Positions 63,801 through 64,000 of a DNA stretch of 64,000 nt are shown here, piece after piece. Every line of letters starts with the position of its first letter. Position 1 is the stretch's first letter. Below the pieces are notes generated by a model, which had not been told where the DNA came from, searched no databases, and worked only from the letters and a program-made list of their open reading frames with translations. Position numbers and translations under genes: made by a program. Origin of the DNA: Macrostomum lignano (lineage: Eukaryota); contig NIVC01000396.1 of NCBI GenBank assembly GCA_002269645.1, forward strand, positions 1 through 64,000, read 5' to 3'.

Positions 63801-64000
63801 TTATATTTCAATAAGTAGTATAAGTTAAAAACAGTTTTCATTTTATCTTTGGAGTTGCTTCAAAATAGACCCATGTATGATAGAATTTTTTGGTTTTTGA
63901 ATAATTTTCTACAATTGCAATCTACTTTTAACAGGCATATGACATTTCACTGAAATTAACTAATTGATATTCTTGCTTATTGATTTCACAGCATCTGAGC

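Overview
This is eukaryotic (animal) genomic DNA, not prokaryotic. It has spliced GT-AG genes, GC-rich exons, AT-rich intergenic blocks and dense tandem repeats; the style suggests a free-living flatworm such as Macrostomum, which is inference only. Most entries in the ORF track are artefacts of tandem repeats or antisense frames. Hand-built gene models: (1) a 3-exon 5-HT7-like serotonin GPCR on the minus strand (8885-542, about 487 aa); (2) a 13-exon Caskin-like ankyrin-SH3-SAM-SAM scaffold on the plus strand (24679-45920, about 1091 aa, all exon phases consistent); (3) a 2-exon omega-class GST (48013-49341, 234 aa, CPFC active site); (4) a cluster of intronless secreted Cys-rich proteins, with two intact copies (56312-57217, 59473-60396) and an inverted chimeric pseudogene (50917-51614). 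Mobile DNA: a maT-like Tc1/mariner element with one in-frame stop (13639-14912), a non-autonomous element with an 8-bp TSD carrying a 21-bp satellite (16306-20129), a 3.8-kb foldback palindrome with internal 151-bp repeats (51652-55496), a smaller foldback and tRNA-derived SINEs. The most interesting signals are: a secreted-protein family with a homogenised core and variable, mosaic C-termini beside the foldback element; a CpA/CpG-to-TpA (RIP-like) substitution pattern in a decayed repeat; complementary microsatellites tightly bracketing Caskin exons 4-7; and a satellite made of repeated consensus 5' splice sites. All of these are hypotheses from reading by eye; no database searches were run.
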